DNA of 64,000 nucleotides from an uncultured bacterium (GCA_963729625.1 CAVSOU010000008.1:384001-448000); one strand, 5' to 3'; shown: positions 40,072 to 51,179, numbered from the stretch's first letter. Made by a program: numbers and translations. The notes: a model not told the origin generated them from the letters alone.

Positions 40072-40305
40072 ATGAGTCAGCGAGAGAAGCTCATTGCACG
40101 AATCCGCCAACGGCCTCCCCAGGCGGAGTTTTCCGACGTGGAGCACTTACTCGAGTTGTTTGGCTGGACATGTGCTCGCAAGAAAGGAAGCCACAGAGCA
40201 TTCACGAAATCTGGGCAGCGCACTATCGTAGTCCCTATTAAGAGCGGGAAGGTGGCACGCGTCTACCTCGATCGGCTCTGCGATCGGCTTGGTCTGGACG
40301 ACTAG
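40072..40305 (+). CDS. hicA: HicA-family toxin
   Basis: KLIARI..FSDV..LLELFGW...KGSHRAFTK..IVVP. Confidence 0.88.
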   Translation: MSQREKLIARIRQRPPQAEFSDVEHLLELFGWTCARKKGSHRAFTKSGQRTIVVPIKSGKVARVYLDRLCDRLGLDD

Positions 40306-40331
40306 GAATCGTCACTACGGAGAAACCCACC

Positions 40332-40859
40332 ATGGCAACCTCTTTTTCTACGCTTGAAGATTACCTCGCACGCGCATACCCGTTCACGGTGCATGCGGAC
40401 CCAGTAGGCGGTTATGTGGTTGTGTATCCGGACCTCCCGGGATGCATGACGCAAGTGGACACACTAGACGAAATCGGCGCGATGGCGGACGAAGCGCGTC
40501 GCCTGTGGATCGAAACCGAGTATGAGCAGGGCCATCAGATTCCCGAACCGTCCAAGCAAGAAGGTCCGAGCGGCAAGTTCGTTGTCCGTATGCCGCGATC
40601 ACTGCATCGCAGCTTGGTAGAAGCGGCCGCCCAGGAGAATGTGAGCCTCAACCAGTACGTTTGCACCGTTCTGGCACGCGGGGACGCGCAGGCGCGCGTC
40701 GAATCCAAACTCGATGCTGTCTGCTCGCCGTGGCACGCGCTTTTTCCAGCGCACCTGCCACAATTTCCTGAGCATACCATGCAGCAACTTGCCCACGTGC
40801 TCGAACTCGGGAGCAAGCCGGCCGCTTCTTCCTCTACCGAGGACCCACGCTCCACCTGA
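40332..40859 (+). CDS. hicB: HicB-family antitoxin
   Basis: YPDLPGCMT..A..LWIE..G..IPEP; SGKFVVRMPRSLH..A..ENVSLNQY. Confidence 0.92.
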   Translation: MATSFSTLEDYLARAYPFTVHADPVGGYVVVYPDLPGCMTQVDTLDEIGAMADEARRLWIETEYEQGHQIPEPSKQEGPSGKFVVRMPRSLHRSLVEAAAQENVSLNQYVCTVLARGDAQARVESKLDAVCSPWHALFPAHLPQFPEHTMQQLAHVLELGSKPAASSSTEDPRST

Positions 40860-40998
40860 CACGGTCACCCAGCCACAATAGTGTGAGAACCGGTCGGTGC
40901 GGCACATATATCCGCCCTCACTGCCAGGGCAGGTGTAGTAACGCGCCCGGATAGGAGCCGATGCCAACCGGCAATCGGGGCGACAGTGCTACGATACA

Positions 40999-42171
40999 GT
41001 GGCGAGGAACGTTATCCAGGAGGACGATCGCTTGAGCGCGCCCGGCAATCTGCTGCTTATCTCCGAGAGCTTTCACAACGCCGACATGTACTACGCCATA
41101 GGCTTCCTCTTTGGCGATGCCGTCATGTACCTGCGGCATGCAACGGGAGAGACGCTGGTGTGCTCCAACTTCGAGCGCGACGAGGCCGCTCGACATGGCA
41201 AGATTCGCGAGGTGATTACGCCGGAGGATCTCGGCTATCTGGACCTTTCCAGGCAGGAAGCCAATCCGCACCGGGTTTACGCAGAGCTCGTGCTTCAGCT
41301 GTTGCGGCAGTACGGCGTCTCCGACGTGACCATCACCCCGGCAACGCCCGTACACGTGGTCGATCATCTGCGGGCCGCAGGGATCGCGGTCACCTGCGAT
41401 CCCGCGGCAGTCGAGGATGCGCGCGGGGTCAAGAACGGGGATGAGGTTGCTGCCATCGAGACGGCGCAACGCGCAACGGAGCAGGCGGTGCGGACGGCAG
41501 TCGATATCGTGGCGGGCAGCACGTCACAGGGCGGCGTGCTGACCCATGACGGTGCCGTTCTGACGTCGGAGCGGCTGCGCGCAATTGTGGACATTGCTTT
41601 GCTCGAGCAAGGCTGCTTCGGAGAGGGCACCATTATATCCTGCGGCACCGATTCTGCCTCCCCGCACAACCGCGGCGCCGGGCCGTTGCGGCCCAACCAA
41701 CCGATCATCATGGATGTTTTTCCACGCCATCGCGAGCTTCGCTACTTCGCGGACATGACCCGTACCGTGAGTAAGGGCGATCCAGGGCCGGAGATCTGTC
41801 ATATGTATGACGCGACTATCGCGGCGCAGGAGCTGGCGCTGAGACTGATTCGACCTGGCGCCAACGGCAGAGAGATCTACGAAGCGGTGTGCAAGCACTA
41901 TGAGGGGGCCGGGTACGCCACCTCCCTGCGCACCGGCGCCTTTCCGGCCAGCGGCTTCATCCATGGCCTGGGCCATGGAGTGGGACTGGAGGTACACGAG
42001 CGACCGAGCTTGAACAGAGCCGACGATGTGCTGGAGACCGGCCACGTGGTCACCGTCGAGCCGGGTCTCTACGATCAACGTGTCGGCGGCGTGCGGATAG
42101 AGGATTTCGTGGTCGTGACCGGGGACGGGTGTCGTAACCTCACACGATTCGAAAAGCGTCTGGTCTATTAA
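40999..42171 (+). CDS. Xaa-Pro aminopeptidase (M24 family)
   Basis: SPH, IMDVFP, YFADMTRT, HGLGHGVGLEVHE, TVEPGLY, GVRIED. Confidence 0.93.
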   Translation: MARNVIQEDDRLSAPGNLLLISESFHNADMYYAIGFLFGDAVMYLRHATGETLVCSNFERDEAARHGKIREVITPEDLGYLDLSRQEANPHRVYAELVLQLLRQYGVSDVTITPATPVHVVDHLRAAGIAVTCDPAAVEDARGVKNGDEVAAIETAQRATEQAVRTAVDIVAGSTSQGGVLTHDGAVLTSERLRAIVDIALLEQGCFGEGTIISCGTDSASPHNRGAGPLRPNQPIIMDVFPRHRELRYFADMTRTVSKGDPGPEICHMYDATIAAQELALRLIRPGANGREIYEAVCKHYEGAGYATSLRTGAFPASGFIHGLGHGVGLEVHERPSLNRADDVLETGHVVTVEPGLYDQRVGGVRIEDFVVVTGDGCRNLTRFEKRLVY

Positions 42172-42174
42172 GCC

Positions 42175-42747
42175 GTGCTCAAGAAGCTGCTCACCTTTTA
42201 CTTCCGGAACATGCGCGTGGGTCCGGAACCGCATGCTAGCCGCAGGTTCGTGGCGGCCCGCCTCGACCGCGCTGCGTTACCGCGGACGGCGCTTACCCTG
42301 CTGACACTGCTCTGCGTGCTCGTGCTGATCTTCTTTTTGCACGAGTTGGTGCCATTGCTGATCATCATGTGCGCGCCAATCGTCGCCGTACCGGCCATGG
42401 CGTTTGCTGCATCGCCTCTAGGGTACGCCATAGACAACCGTGGGCTCTACGTAGAGCGAAAGGCGCTCAAGACCTTGAAGATCCCGCTCAGTCAAATCAC
42501 GAGCGTGCGCTATCTTCCGCGCCCTGCCCTCCAGGGGGCTATACGGATCTATGGAACGGGAGGGCTGTTCGGCTGGGCGGGCCGCTATCGAATCCCCGGC
42601 CTGGGTACCGTGTCCATGCACGCGACAAACCTGGACCGGCTGATCGTCATTCAACGACGCTATCGCAAGGCGATCGTGATCAGCCCTGCAGATTCCGAAG
42701 CCTTCCTAGCGGGCCTGCGGCAGCAGTACAAGACGATACAGCAGTAG
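42175..42747 (+). CDS. Membrane protein with bacterial PH domain
   Basis: Two TM helices, then RIYGTGGLFGWAG...VISP. Confidence 0.7.
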   Translation: MLKKLLTFYFRNMRVGPEPHASRRFVAARLDRAALPRTALTLLTLLCVLVLIFFLHELVPLLIIMCAPIVAVPAMAFAASPLGYAIDNRGLYVERKALKTLKIPLSQITSVRYLPRPALQGAIRIYGTGGLFGWAGRYRIPGLGTVSMHATNLDRLIVIQRRYRKAIVISPADSEAFLAGLRQQYKTIQQ

Positions 42748-42887
42748 CCCAGCCCGACCGGCATCCCACGGGCCGATTCATGGACCGCCTGGATGGTTTC
42801 GCACGATACATCGCCCTGTCGTGCGCGGTGGTAGGATGGTTGAGGCAGAAACGTGAGCCGATTCCATCCTGTGAATGAGGTGGCCGG

Positions 42888-44273
42888 ATGAGGGACGTCG
42901 CGGTGGAGCAGGGCCGGACGGCAGATCTATCACTGGCCGACCAAGCGTACCAGCGGAATCTGGGCGATGGATTGCGCCTGCGCTGGTCGACGCCGGGCGA
43001 CCTTGACCGGCTCGTCGCCATGTATCAAAGTGTCTTCCGGCCAAGAGAGGATGCTCCGCCCAACTCGGTCATCGGGTACTGGGTCCGCGACATGATGAGT
43101 GGTCGCCATGCACATATCACCGGCTACGACTTTGCCCTGGTCGAAGACATCAAGACGCGAAGGATTGTCGCCGCGACCTGCCTTCTTGCCAACGAGGTAA
43201 CCTACGAGCACATTCCATTCATGCTGGGCCGGCCTGAAATCGTGGCTACCGAGATTCCATACCGCAATCGGTCCTTGCAGCGCGCGATCTTTGGCCTTAT
43301 TCACGCGCGCAGCTCGGCACGCGGGCACCTGGTACAGGGGATCACAGGCATACCAAATTTCTACCGGCAATTTGGCTACGAATTCGCCGTCGATCTGGAG
43401 GCTGCCCGACACGTCTACTTCTCCGCGCTTGCGCTGAAGAAACCGGGGGGGCCGGTTCCGTACACCCTGCACCCCGCTGTAGAGGACGACCTCCCTTTGT
43501 TGCTCGCGCTTTCCGCTCGCGAGCGCGCGTGCTGGCAGATAGCAACCGTGGTGGACGAAGCGGCGTGGCGTTGGATGGCCTTCGCATGTGATCCGGCGGC
43601 GCGCAATGTCGGCGCGACCTATATGATCACGGCAGCCGACGACACGGCCATCGGCTACATCCTGCTCAGCAGGATACGCAGCGACGACTCTGTCGGTATC
43701 TGGGGCATTGCGGTCAGAGAGGGGCGTTCGCTTGCCGAGGTCGCTCCTCACGCCCTGCGCGCAGCGCAAGATATTGTTGCTGCCTTCCCCTGCCGCCCGG
43801 AAGATTCGCCGCCGCCCTCGCGCTTCCGGTTGGAGATGGGACCTGGACATGCGATCTTCGATGCGCTCGGATCGGACATGGCCCCGTTCATCGGCAGCCG
43901 CTATGCCTGGTGGATGCGGATACCGGACCTGCCGGCGTTCGTCTTGCACATCGCGCCCGTGCTGGAGCGACGCCTGGAGCAATCGGTCATGGCCGGCTAC
44001 ACCGGGGAATTCTGCATCGATTTTTACCGCGGCGGACTGCGTCTTGCCTTCGCGCAAGGCAAGCTGGTCACGGTAGAGCCCTGGCAAAAGCCACTCTGGG
44101 GGGAAAGTCAGGCCGCGTTTCCGCAGCCGATTTTCACACAGCTACTGCTTGGCTACCGCAGCTTTGCCGATCTCGCCTACGCGCATATTGATGTCCGAGC
44201 AGACGGAATAGAGCGGATTCTGCTCGAGACGCTCTTCCCAGCCAGACCGTCGTATATGTTGCCGCTTGACTAG
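42888..44273 (+). CDS. GNAT acetyltransferase (Eis-like architecture)
   Basis: PEIVAT..YRNR.LQR, GIPNFYRQFGYE, SCP-like C-terminus (QLLLGYRS). Confidence 0.8.
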   Translation: MRDVAVEQGRTADLSLADQAYQRNLGDGLRLRWSTPGDLDRLVAMYQSVFRPREDAPPNSVIGYWVRDMMSGRHAHITGYDFALVEDIKTRRIVAATCLLANEVTYEHIPFMLGRPEIVATEIPYRNRSLQRAIFGLIHARSSARGHLVQGITGIPNFYRQFGYEFAVDLEAARHVYFSALALKKPGGPVPYTLHPAVEDDLPLLLALSARERACWQIATVVDEAAWRWMAFACDPAARNVGATYMITAADDTAIGYILLSRIRSDDSVGIWGIAVREGRSLAEVAPHALRAAQDIVAAFPCRPEDSPPPSRFRLEMGPGHAIFDALGSDMAPFIGSRYAWWMRIPDLPAFVLHIAPVLERRLEQSVMAGYTGEFCIDFYRGGLRLAFAQGKLVTVEPWQKPLWGESQAAFPQPIFTQLLLGYRSFADLAYAHIDVRADGIERILLETLFPARPSYMLPLD

Positions 44274-44367
44274 CAGCTTGTCACAGGCCATTCGTTTCGG
44301 TGTCAGGTAGCCGAGAACACTGATGGTTGACAGGCTACTTGCCACTACCAGTAAATCGGAGCGGTTC

Positions 44368-45567
44368 TTACATCTCCGCGAGATCAGTGCCTGTCAGGGC
44401 GAGCGCCAGGAGGGCATTGCCGGCCAGGGCGCGCTCCATCTGCGCGATGCTGATACGCTCATCGGCAATGTGACAGTGCTCTTCCAGGCCGGGACCATAG
44501 CCCAAAGGCGGTATGCCCGCGGCGTACAGGTGTCCTCCGTCGGTAGCGAAGCGCCAGAATCCGGCCGGCTCGCTATCAAGCGCCTCTTCCGCGCGCCGTA
44601 CCATCCAGTGGTCCGGTGGTAGAGCATAGGAACGGAATATAGACGGGAGGCTCATGCGCATGCCTGCGTAGCTGAGCATATCGTCTTGCTCGACTGCCAC
44701 TGTGCCGCGGCTGCCAGGCAGCAACGCTGCATCGAGTCGTCCCTGCAAGATCCGCACCATGTCGTCCGCCGATTCTCCGGGTACGGTGCGCCAATCCAGG
44801 TGCATGCTCACGCTCTCAGGTATGACGTTGATGCTTTCATTATCGGAGCGGTAAATGGTAGGCGCGAGGGTTGCGGCCGCGAACTCGGCATGCGAGGCCA
44901 TCGGAAGGTCGCGCAGGGAGAGCAGGAATGCCGCGGCGACAAGGTGCGGATTGACGGCACGATCGGGCGTGCTGGCGTGTCCGGCGCGACCGGTAATGGT
45001 CACGCGCAGGCCCGTACGACCGCGATGCCCGCGCTTGAGCAGGCAATTGCTGGGCTCGCCAACCACCGCGCAGTCTGCTCTCAAATGCGAAACCAGGTGC
45101 TGTGTACCCAGGCCGCCAACCTCCTCCATGACCACGCCGGTGACATAGATATCCCCAGCCGGAAGCATGCCTGCCGCGCGCAATATCGGCACGACATAGA
45201 CCTGGCAGGCGAGCGGTCCCTTCATGTCGGCGGCAGCCCGTCCCCAGAGGTAGCCATCAGCTACGTGGCCGGAGAACGGGTCTGCATGCCAGTGCGCGCG
45301 ATCTCCCGCCGAGACCATGTCCATATGCCCGTTGAACAGCAGGCTGCGTCCCGAGCCCGAGCCCTTCAAGAAGCCGATCACGTTACCCGCGGCATCTACC
45401 TGCACGTCGTCGTATGCCAGGCTCTCCATTTCTTTCCGCAGCAGCTCCGCAACGCCGCCTTCCTCGCCGGGCATACTGGGGGTCTGGACCATCCGCGCGG
45501 CGAAATGGACGGCGGCATCGCGCTGTGCTGCCGCGCAGATACGGATATGTGCTACCGCCGGGATCAC
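44368..45567 (-). CDS. M20 metallopeptidase (ArgE/DapE/YgeY-like)
   Basis: FNGHMDMV, GRAAADMKG, VMEE, GEPS, GHAS, TDG, HIADE. Confidence 0.92.
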   Translation of the reverse strand: MIPAVAHIRICAAAQRDAAVHFAARMVQTPSMPGEEGGVAELLRKEMESLAYDDVQVDAAGNVIGFLKGSGSGRSLLFNGHMDMVSAGDRAHWHADPFSGHVADGYLWGRAAADMKGPLACQVYVVPILRAAGMLPAGDIYVTGVVMEEVGGLGTQHLVSHLRADCAVVGEPSNCLLKRGHRGRTGLRVTITGRAGHASTPDRAVNPHLVAAAFLLSLRDLPMASHAEFAAATLAPTIYRSDNESINVIPESVSMHLDWRTVPGESADDMVRILQGRLDAALLPGSRGTVAVEQDDMLSYAGMRMSLPSIFRSYALPPDHWMVRRAEEALDSEPAGFWRFATDGGHLYAAGIPPLGYGPGLEEHCHIADERISIAQMERALAGNALLALALTGTDLAEM

Positions 45568-45760
45568 GGGTTCTCCTCACTCGCGCATCTCATAGAGTGA
45601 GTATAAGGCGGCTACGGAGACAGGACACGATGGCTCTGGCGAATAGGCGAGCAATAAGGTTGTCCACTTCCCTTTACGTGCGCGTAAAGCAGTGAAATAC
45701 TGAGAGTAGCCGGACTCCGCACACGTCGGGCTGAGCTATGAGCGGGAGGGGATCCGAGCA

Positions 45761-46249
45761 ATGAAGACGGCAGGTACTCTTGTCATCGCAATTGAAGACA
45801 CGTCGACGATTCAGTGCGTGGGCAAAGAAGGGACGCACGTCGCGATCGAGGTTGGTGCAACGAAGCTTGTTCTGTTGCACGTGCTCGATCAACACCCGCT
45901 GTCAGGCGCCGCGGTAGCGATGAGCGGCTACTATTTGCCGATTGCCGAATCAACCGAAGATGGCGCGGTGCTGCTCAAGCGCGCTGAGGCCGCCATACAG
46001 GCCGAGTTTGATCGGCTAGGACTGCCCCGTCCCGAGATAGAGCTGTTGGTAGGTCAGGGCAACCCCAGCACGGTGATTGAGGACGTGATCAGAGATCGCA
46101 GTGCCGAGGACGTTGTGCTGGGAGCACGACACCGGCATCTATTTGGGCGCTTGATGTACAGCGACGTGCGAGCACATCTCAAGTGCCTCGATGCACATCA
46201 CATCCATGTGGCGCCGCTGCAGGAACCTACGGCCACGAGCCGCGAGTAG
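45761..46249 (+). CDS. Universal stress protein
   Basis: LVLLHV, G.P..VI, VVLGAR..GRLMYS. Confidence 0.75.
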   Translation: MKTAGTLVIAIEDTSTIQCVGKEGTHVAIEVGATKLVLLHVLDQHPLSGAAVAMSGYYLPIAESTEDGAVLLKRAEAAIQAEFDRLGLPRPEIELLVGQGNPSTVIEDVIRDRSAEDVVLGARHRHLFGRLMYSDVRAHLKCLDAHHIHVAPLQEPTATSRE

Positions 46250-46388
46250 TTAGCGGCCCGGCATCCACAGATAGGCGTCTGTTCCTACTGAGACCACGCG
46301 CTTGCCATCCCCAATCACCCACACTTGTAGGTATCCGGTCAGGGCCGCGGTGGCCGTTTTGAGGCCGTAACTAGTGGCCGAATGGGCC

Positions 46389-46418
46389 TTGACATCAAGG
46401 CTCGAGTCGGTCTATACT
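46389..46418 (+). promoter_or_regulatory. Sigma70-type promoter for glpX-rho
   Basis: TTGACA-18bp-TATACT. Confidence 0.7.
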
Positions 46419-46664
46419 CCATCATCCCATACGACTTCCCCGTTTTCTCTTGCCCCGGGCAGCGAGTTTCCACGCGTCTGAGCCGCATGGGGATGCCTGC
46501 ATGCACTACGTCTCTCTGGCTGCCGGCATGTGGTGCCTTTGGAGGATTGGTAACTACTCAAGTCCCATATCGCGCGCATCGATTATTTTTGCCGGCATGG
46601 GAGCGCGTTGCCATTGGTGTGGGCTGAGTCGGCACGGCGCTAAGGAGCGCTGAGGACTTCATCT

Positions 46665-47391
46665 GTGAGTGACCTGCTCGATCGCAATCTTGGACTGGAG
46701 CCCGTGCGCGTGACTGAAGCCGCCGCACCGGCGGCCGGCCACTGGATGGACAAGAGTGCGAAAGAGGCTGCCGACCAGGTAGCAGTGGATGCCATGCGCT
46801 GTGCGCTGGCCGTAGCCCGCGACTGTGCTGTAAGCGATCCTACCGTGGGCATGCTGGAACGGCCACGTACTGAGGAGTTGGCACGGAAGTTACGTGCTGG
46901 CCGCGCCCGGCCGATGCGCGTTCCAGATAGAGATGTCACCAGCGCGTTGACCGATGCGATGGAAGACTGTTTTGGCGCCGATATGCCGATGGGTGTTGGC
47001 AGATCGGCTGGAACCGTGCATGCGATATGTGCGCTGAGATGCTTGAGGGGAGAGATTCAATGCCGATTGTGGCCACGAAATGAAGAGGAGAAACAGAGAG
47101 CGCTGAGTGCCTGCTTGGATGCCGGCGTATCTCAGCGGATTTTGACGTCCGATGATCGTAGTGAAGCGCGACAATGTTTTCTTTACCGCAAGCGACAGTA
47201 CAACGGAGAATTGTTTCGCGGCGTGCAGTATTCCGGTCATGGCGCGCGCCCATAGTGTATCTATGCGGTCGCGATCGGGCACGACGCGTTGGATTGAGGC
47301 GGTGCACCATTGGACGAGATTGACGGATATCGACACAATGATCTGCGATCCCCAGATCTCACGGGATCGCGCGAGGGAAGGGAAGGCGTAG
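46665..47391 (+). pseudogene. glpX: Decayed class II fructose-1,6-bisphosphatase
   Basis: DRNLGLE.VRVTEAAA..ADQ.AVDAMR jumps directly to LERPR (catalytic GEGE..DPxxGT segment missing); GEIQCRLWPRNEEE; frameshifted C-terminal pieces NVFF, GELFRGV, HSVSMRSRSGT.RWIEAVH. Confidence 0.88.
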
Positions 47392-48863
47392 AGACGAACG
47401 GCCATGCGGCTCCGGTCGCGTTGGCGGAACCGCCGCATGCTGTACACGATGCTGAGCCTCTGCTTCCTGACTTGATTCCCTGCGACTCGCCGGACCTGGT
47501 AGATGTGTCTCATGAACCGGTCGACGTCGACCAGGGGGTAGTCAACCTCGATCGTGAGACACGCGAACAGGATCGCGGCGCCAGCGCAGTAAACGGCAAG
47601 CGCGCGAATCTGGCCGAGCTCGAGGCCAAGACGCTACACGAGCTGCGTGAAATGGCCAAGAGCCTTGAGGTAACTGGCTACACCAGCCTCAAAAAAGGGG
47701 ACCTGATCTTCAGGCTCTTGCAAGCGCAGACGGAACAGCAGGGAAATCTTTTCCGAGCCGGCGTGCTGGACATCGTGGAAGAAGGCTTTGGTTTCCTTCG
47801 CAAAGATCGCTACTTGCCCGGTAGCGATGACATCTACGTCTCCCTCTCCCAGATCCGGCGCTTTGGTCTGCGCACCGGAGATCGCGTCAGCGGGCAGGTG
47901 CGAGCGCCTAAGGAAAGCGAGAAGTACTACGGCCTGCTGCGCGTGGAAGCCGTCAACGGCGTGGATCCCGAGACAGCCAAGCGCCGGCCGCACTTCGACC
48001 GGCTGACTCCTATCTACCCCAATCAGCAACTCTTTCTGGAGACCACGCCCAGCATCGTCGCCACACGGCTGTTGGATCTCGTAGCGCCTATCGGACGGGG
48101 CCAGCGGGGCATGATCGTGGCGCCGCCCAAGGCCGGCAAGACGGTGATCCTCAAGCAGATCGCCAACGCTATCAACACCAACTACCCGGATGTGCACCTG
48201 ATGGTCGTGCTGGTTGGCGAGCGCCCCGAGGAAGTCACCGATATGGAGCGCTCGGTCAAGGTCGCCGAGGTGCTCAGCGCGACGTTTGACGAGCAGGCCG
48301 ATCACCACACGCGCGTGGCAGAGATGGCCCTGGAACGGGCGAAGCGCCTGGTCGAAAGCGGTAAAGACGTCGTCTTGCTGCTCGACAGTATCACCCGCCT
48401 TACCCGTGCCTACAACACGGCCATTCCGTCGAGCGGACGCACGCTGTCCGGCGGTATCGATCCCAATGCTATCTTCCCACCCAAGCGCTTTTTCGGCGCT
48501 GCGCGCAAGATCGAGGGCGCCGGTAGCCTCACGATCATCGCCACCTGTCTGATCGAGACCGGTAGCCGCATGGACGATGTGATCTACGAGGAGTTCAAGG
48601 GCACCGGCAACATGGAAGTGATCCTGGAGCGCAAACTGGCAGAAAAGCGCGTCTTTCCTGCCGTCGACGTGCTTCGCTCGGGCACACGGCATGAAGAGCT
48701 GCTGATGGATGAACAGATGCTTCAGCGCGTCTGGCTCATGCGCAGAATGGTCAGTGCCCTGGGCGCCACCGAGGGTACCGAGCTACTACTCAATCATCTG
48801 GCGAAGACCGCGTCAAATAAGGAGTTTCTTGCTTCACTGCATAAGGGGGATATACAGCCGTAG
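47310..48863 (+). CDS. rho: Transcription termination factor Rho (start uncertain)
   Basis: [50 protein letters not shown]. Confidence 0.98.
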   Translation: MDEIDGYRHNDLRSPDLTGSREGREGVETNGHAAPVALAEPPHAVHDAEPLLPDLIPCDSPDLVDVSHEPVDVDQGVVNLDRETREQDRGASAVNGKRANLAELEAKTLHELREMAKSLEVTGYTSLKKGDLIFRLLQAQTEQQGNLFRAGVLDIVEEGFGFLRKDRYLPGSDDIYVSLSQIRRFGLRTGDRVSGQVRAPKESEKYYGLLRVEAVNGVDPETAKRRPHFDRLTPIYPNQQLFLETTPSIVATRLLDLVAPIGRGQRGMIVAPPKAGKTVILKQIANAINTNYPDVHLMVVLVGERPEEVTDMERSVKVAEVLSATFDEQADHHTRVAEMALERAKRLVESGKDVVLLLDSITRLTRAYNTAIPSSGRTLSGGIDPNAIFPPKRFFGAARKIEGAGSLTIIATCLIETGSRMDDVIYEEFKGTGNMEVILERKLAEKRVFPAVDVLRSGTRHEELLMDEQMLQRVWLMRRMVSALGATEGTELLLNHLAKTASNKEFLASLHKGDIQP

Positions 48864-48892
48864 GATGGTGGCCTTCGCCCAGGCCCGTGCTG

Positions 48893-49372
48893 TCACATGT
48901 CCCGATACATCATTGGAGGCTCTTCGACCAGATTGAATTTCTCGCCCAGGGCGTTGCACTCCGTGCAATGATCGGGAGGGGTCGCGCCGTACTGTTGGGC
49001 ACCGCAGATCGTGCAGGTCCAGCGCTGCGCGATGCGTTTGAGCAGGTCCGCGTGGCTGATGAGGCCCACCAGTTTCCCAGCCTGTACCACGAGGACGCGA
49101 TGCACGCGCCTCAAGATGTAGCTGACCTCGTCGAGATCGTTCTCCGGAGAGACGGTGATCACCTGGGCAGTCATGATGTCTCCGACTGTTTGACCTTGCT
49201 TGCCGATCATATCGGAATCGCTGACGGTCCCCACGATGCTGCCGTCCGCGATGACGACCGGCAGGTAGGTGAGATGGTGACGCACGAGCTCGGCGGCTGC
49301 CGCTTCGATAGAAGTCTCTGGTGCAACGGTGATCACTTCCGGGGTCATGACATCTTGAGCGGTAAGGTTCAT
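48893..49372 (-). CDS. CBS-pair protein with C-terminal rubredoxin-like domain
   Basis: Two CBS repeats; WTCTICG....PPDHCTEC..F. Confidence 0.85.
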   Translation of the reverse strand: MNLTAQDVMTPEVITVAPETSIEAAAAELVRHHLTYLPVVIADGSIVGTVSDSDMIGKQGQTVGDIMTAQVITVSPENDLDEVSYILRRVHRVLVVQAGKLVGLISHADLLKRIAQRWTCTICGAQQYGATPPDHCTECNALGEKFNLVEEPPMMYRDM

Positions 49373-49616
49373 GGTTCCTCTACTTTATGAAAACGACACA
49401 TCACGCCTGAAGGTTGGGCGCCGGCCTCTCGCGGTGTGATTCCGGCCCATCCGGCGATCGTATTGCCAGCCGACTACGAAGCAGGATACCGCACTGGCGA
49501 TGCGCCGGAATGGACATGTATCGATGCGGAGATGAAGGGCTGAGACTGCGGCGGGGCCAGGTCGGTACACTAACAGGTGGAGGTCTGTACGAGTTTGCTA
49601 AGAAGGAGCCGGCCGG

Positions 49617-51179
49617 TTGCGTATTTTTGATACCAGGAGCGCCCAAAAACTGGAGTTCGAGCCGGAGCACGATCCGGTCTTGATGTATATGTGCGGTCTG
49701 ACACCGAAGAATGAACCGCACATTGGGCACGCGAAGCTGTTTGTTACGGCCGACCTCATCCGCCGGCATTTGGAATATCGCGGCTATAGGGTGCGCTATA
49801 TCCAAAACGTGACTGATATAGATGATAAGATCATCGCCCGCGCGCAGACGGAGGGGATTACTCCGGAGGAAGTAGCTACCAAGTACAGCGCCTCCTACTT
49901 CGCCAGTGTAGATGCCCTCTATTGCCGGCCAGCCGATCACTACCCAACTGTCACGACTGCCATGCCCAAGATCATCATGATGATCGAGGGTTTAGTGACA
50001 AACGGCCATGCCTACCGCGTTGGCGGCGACGTCTACTTTCGCGTGGCGAGCTTCCCCGACTATGGGAAGCTATCCAAGCGGAATACAGCCGTCGACAACA
50101 CGGCGGGCCGTGGCCTGCAGGCCCGCGGCAAGGAGGCGATTCCCACTGCCGTGGACGGTGGCGGCTCAGAAGAGGGCGAGCACGGCAAGGGGGACCCGCG
50201 GGACTTCGCTCTCTGGAAAGCAGCCAAGCCGGGAGAGCCCCAGTGGGAGAGTCCTTGGGGATTCGGCCGCCCCGGCTGGCACATCGAATGCTCGGCGATG
50301 GTAAGGGCGGAGCTTGCCGACAGCATCGATATCCATGGCGGCGGGTCGGATCTCATCTTTCCGCACCACGAGAATGAGATTGCACAGAGCGAATCGTTTA
50401 CCGGCAAGGCCCCTTTCGTCAAGTACTGGGCACACATTGGCGCGCTGATGGTCTATGTCACCGAAGCGAGCGGCGAGCAGGTGCTGCAGAAGATGTCGCA
50501 CTCTCTCGGCAACTTCGTGGCGGTCAAAGACATTCTCGCCCGCTACGAGTCGTCCGTTCTCCGGCTGTATCTCCTATCTCAGCACTACCGCTCTCCCGTG
50601 GCCTACACGGAAGAGTCCCTGTCTGAGGTGGAGGTCGGCTGGGAGCGGCTCTGCACCGCGGCGAGGAATCTCGATCTGCTGCTGAATTGGCAGCCGGTGC
50701 GGGCGGTGCAGCCGGATGAGCCTGTGGAGTTGGAGATGCGGAAAGAGACGCGCCAGCTTCTCGTCCAGATCGACGCTTCTCTTGAAGCGTTCAACGCTGG
50801 CATGGACGACGATTTCAACACTGCTCAGGCCATAGCCGCTCTCTATGATCTGGCAGCACAGATCAACCGGTATAAGGATTTCCTCCGCGATCCCAAGCTG
50901 GTGAACCCCACGGTCAAAGGAGCGCTCGTGCGCGCTCAGGAAGCGTTGAGCACGATAATGGACGTGCTGGGGTTAGTGGTAGCGCCGGAAGGACCGGCAG
51001 TCGAGTCCCCCGAATTCACCGCGATGGTGGAGGGGATGATCGAGCGGCGGCGCGAGTTGCGCACGGCACGGGACTTTGCCGGTGCGGACGCCGTTCGCGA
51101 TGAGCTGAAGGGAATGGGCGTGATCGTAGAAGATCACCCACAGGGCGTGCGGTGGCGAAGACATCGGCATGCCAAATAG
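49617..51179 (+). CDS. cysS: Cysteine--tRNA ligase
   Basis: MCGLT..HIGH, NVTDIDDKII, DFALWK, RPGWHIECS, FPHHENE, KMSHS. Confidence 0.97.
   Translation: MRIFDTRSAQKLEFEPEHDPVLMYMCGLTPKNEPHIGHAKLFVTADLIRRHLEYRGYRVRYIQNVTDIDDKIIARAQTEGITPEEVATKYSASYFASVDALYCRPADHYPTVTTAMPKIIMMIEGLVTNGHAYRVGGDVYFRVASFPDYGKLSKRNTAVDNTAGRGLQARGKEAIPTAVDGGGSEEGEHGKGDPRDFALWKAAKPGEPQWESPWGFGRPGWHIECSAMVRAELADSIDIHGGGSDLIFPHHENEIAQSESFTGKAPFVKYWAHIGALMVYVTEASGEQVLQKMSHSLGNFVAVKDILARYESSVLRLYLLSQHYRSPVAYTEESLSEVEVGWERLCTAARNLDLLLNWQPVRAVQPDEPVELEMRKETRQLLVQIDASLEAFNAGMDDDFNTAQAIAALYDLAAQINRYKDFLRDPKLVNPTVKGALVRAQEALSTIMDVLGLVVAPEGPAVESPEFTAMVEGMIERRRELRTARDFAGADAVRDELKGMGVIVEDHPQGVRWRRHRHAK

Noticed and set aside
49380-49616. 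T-box riboswitch upstream of cysS
   Set aside because: No convincing T-box (GGTGGNACCGCG) or terminator/antiterminator pair.
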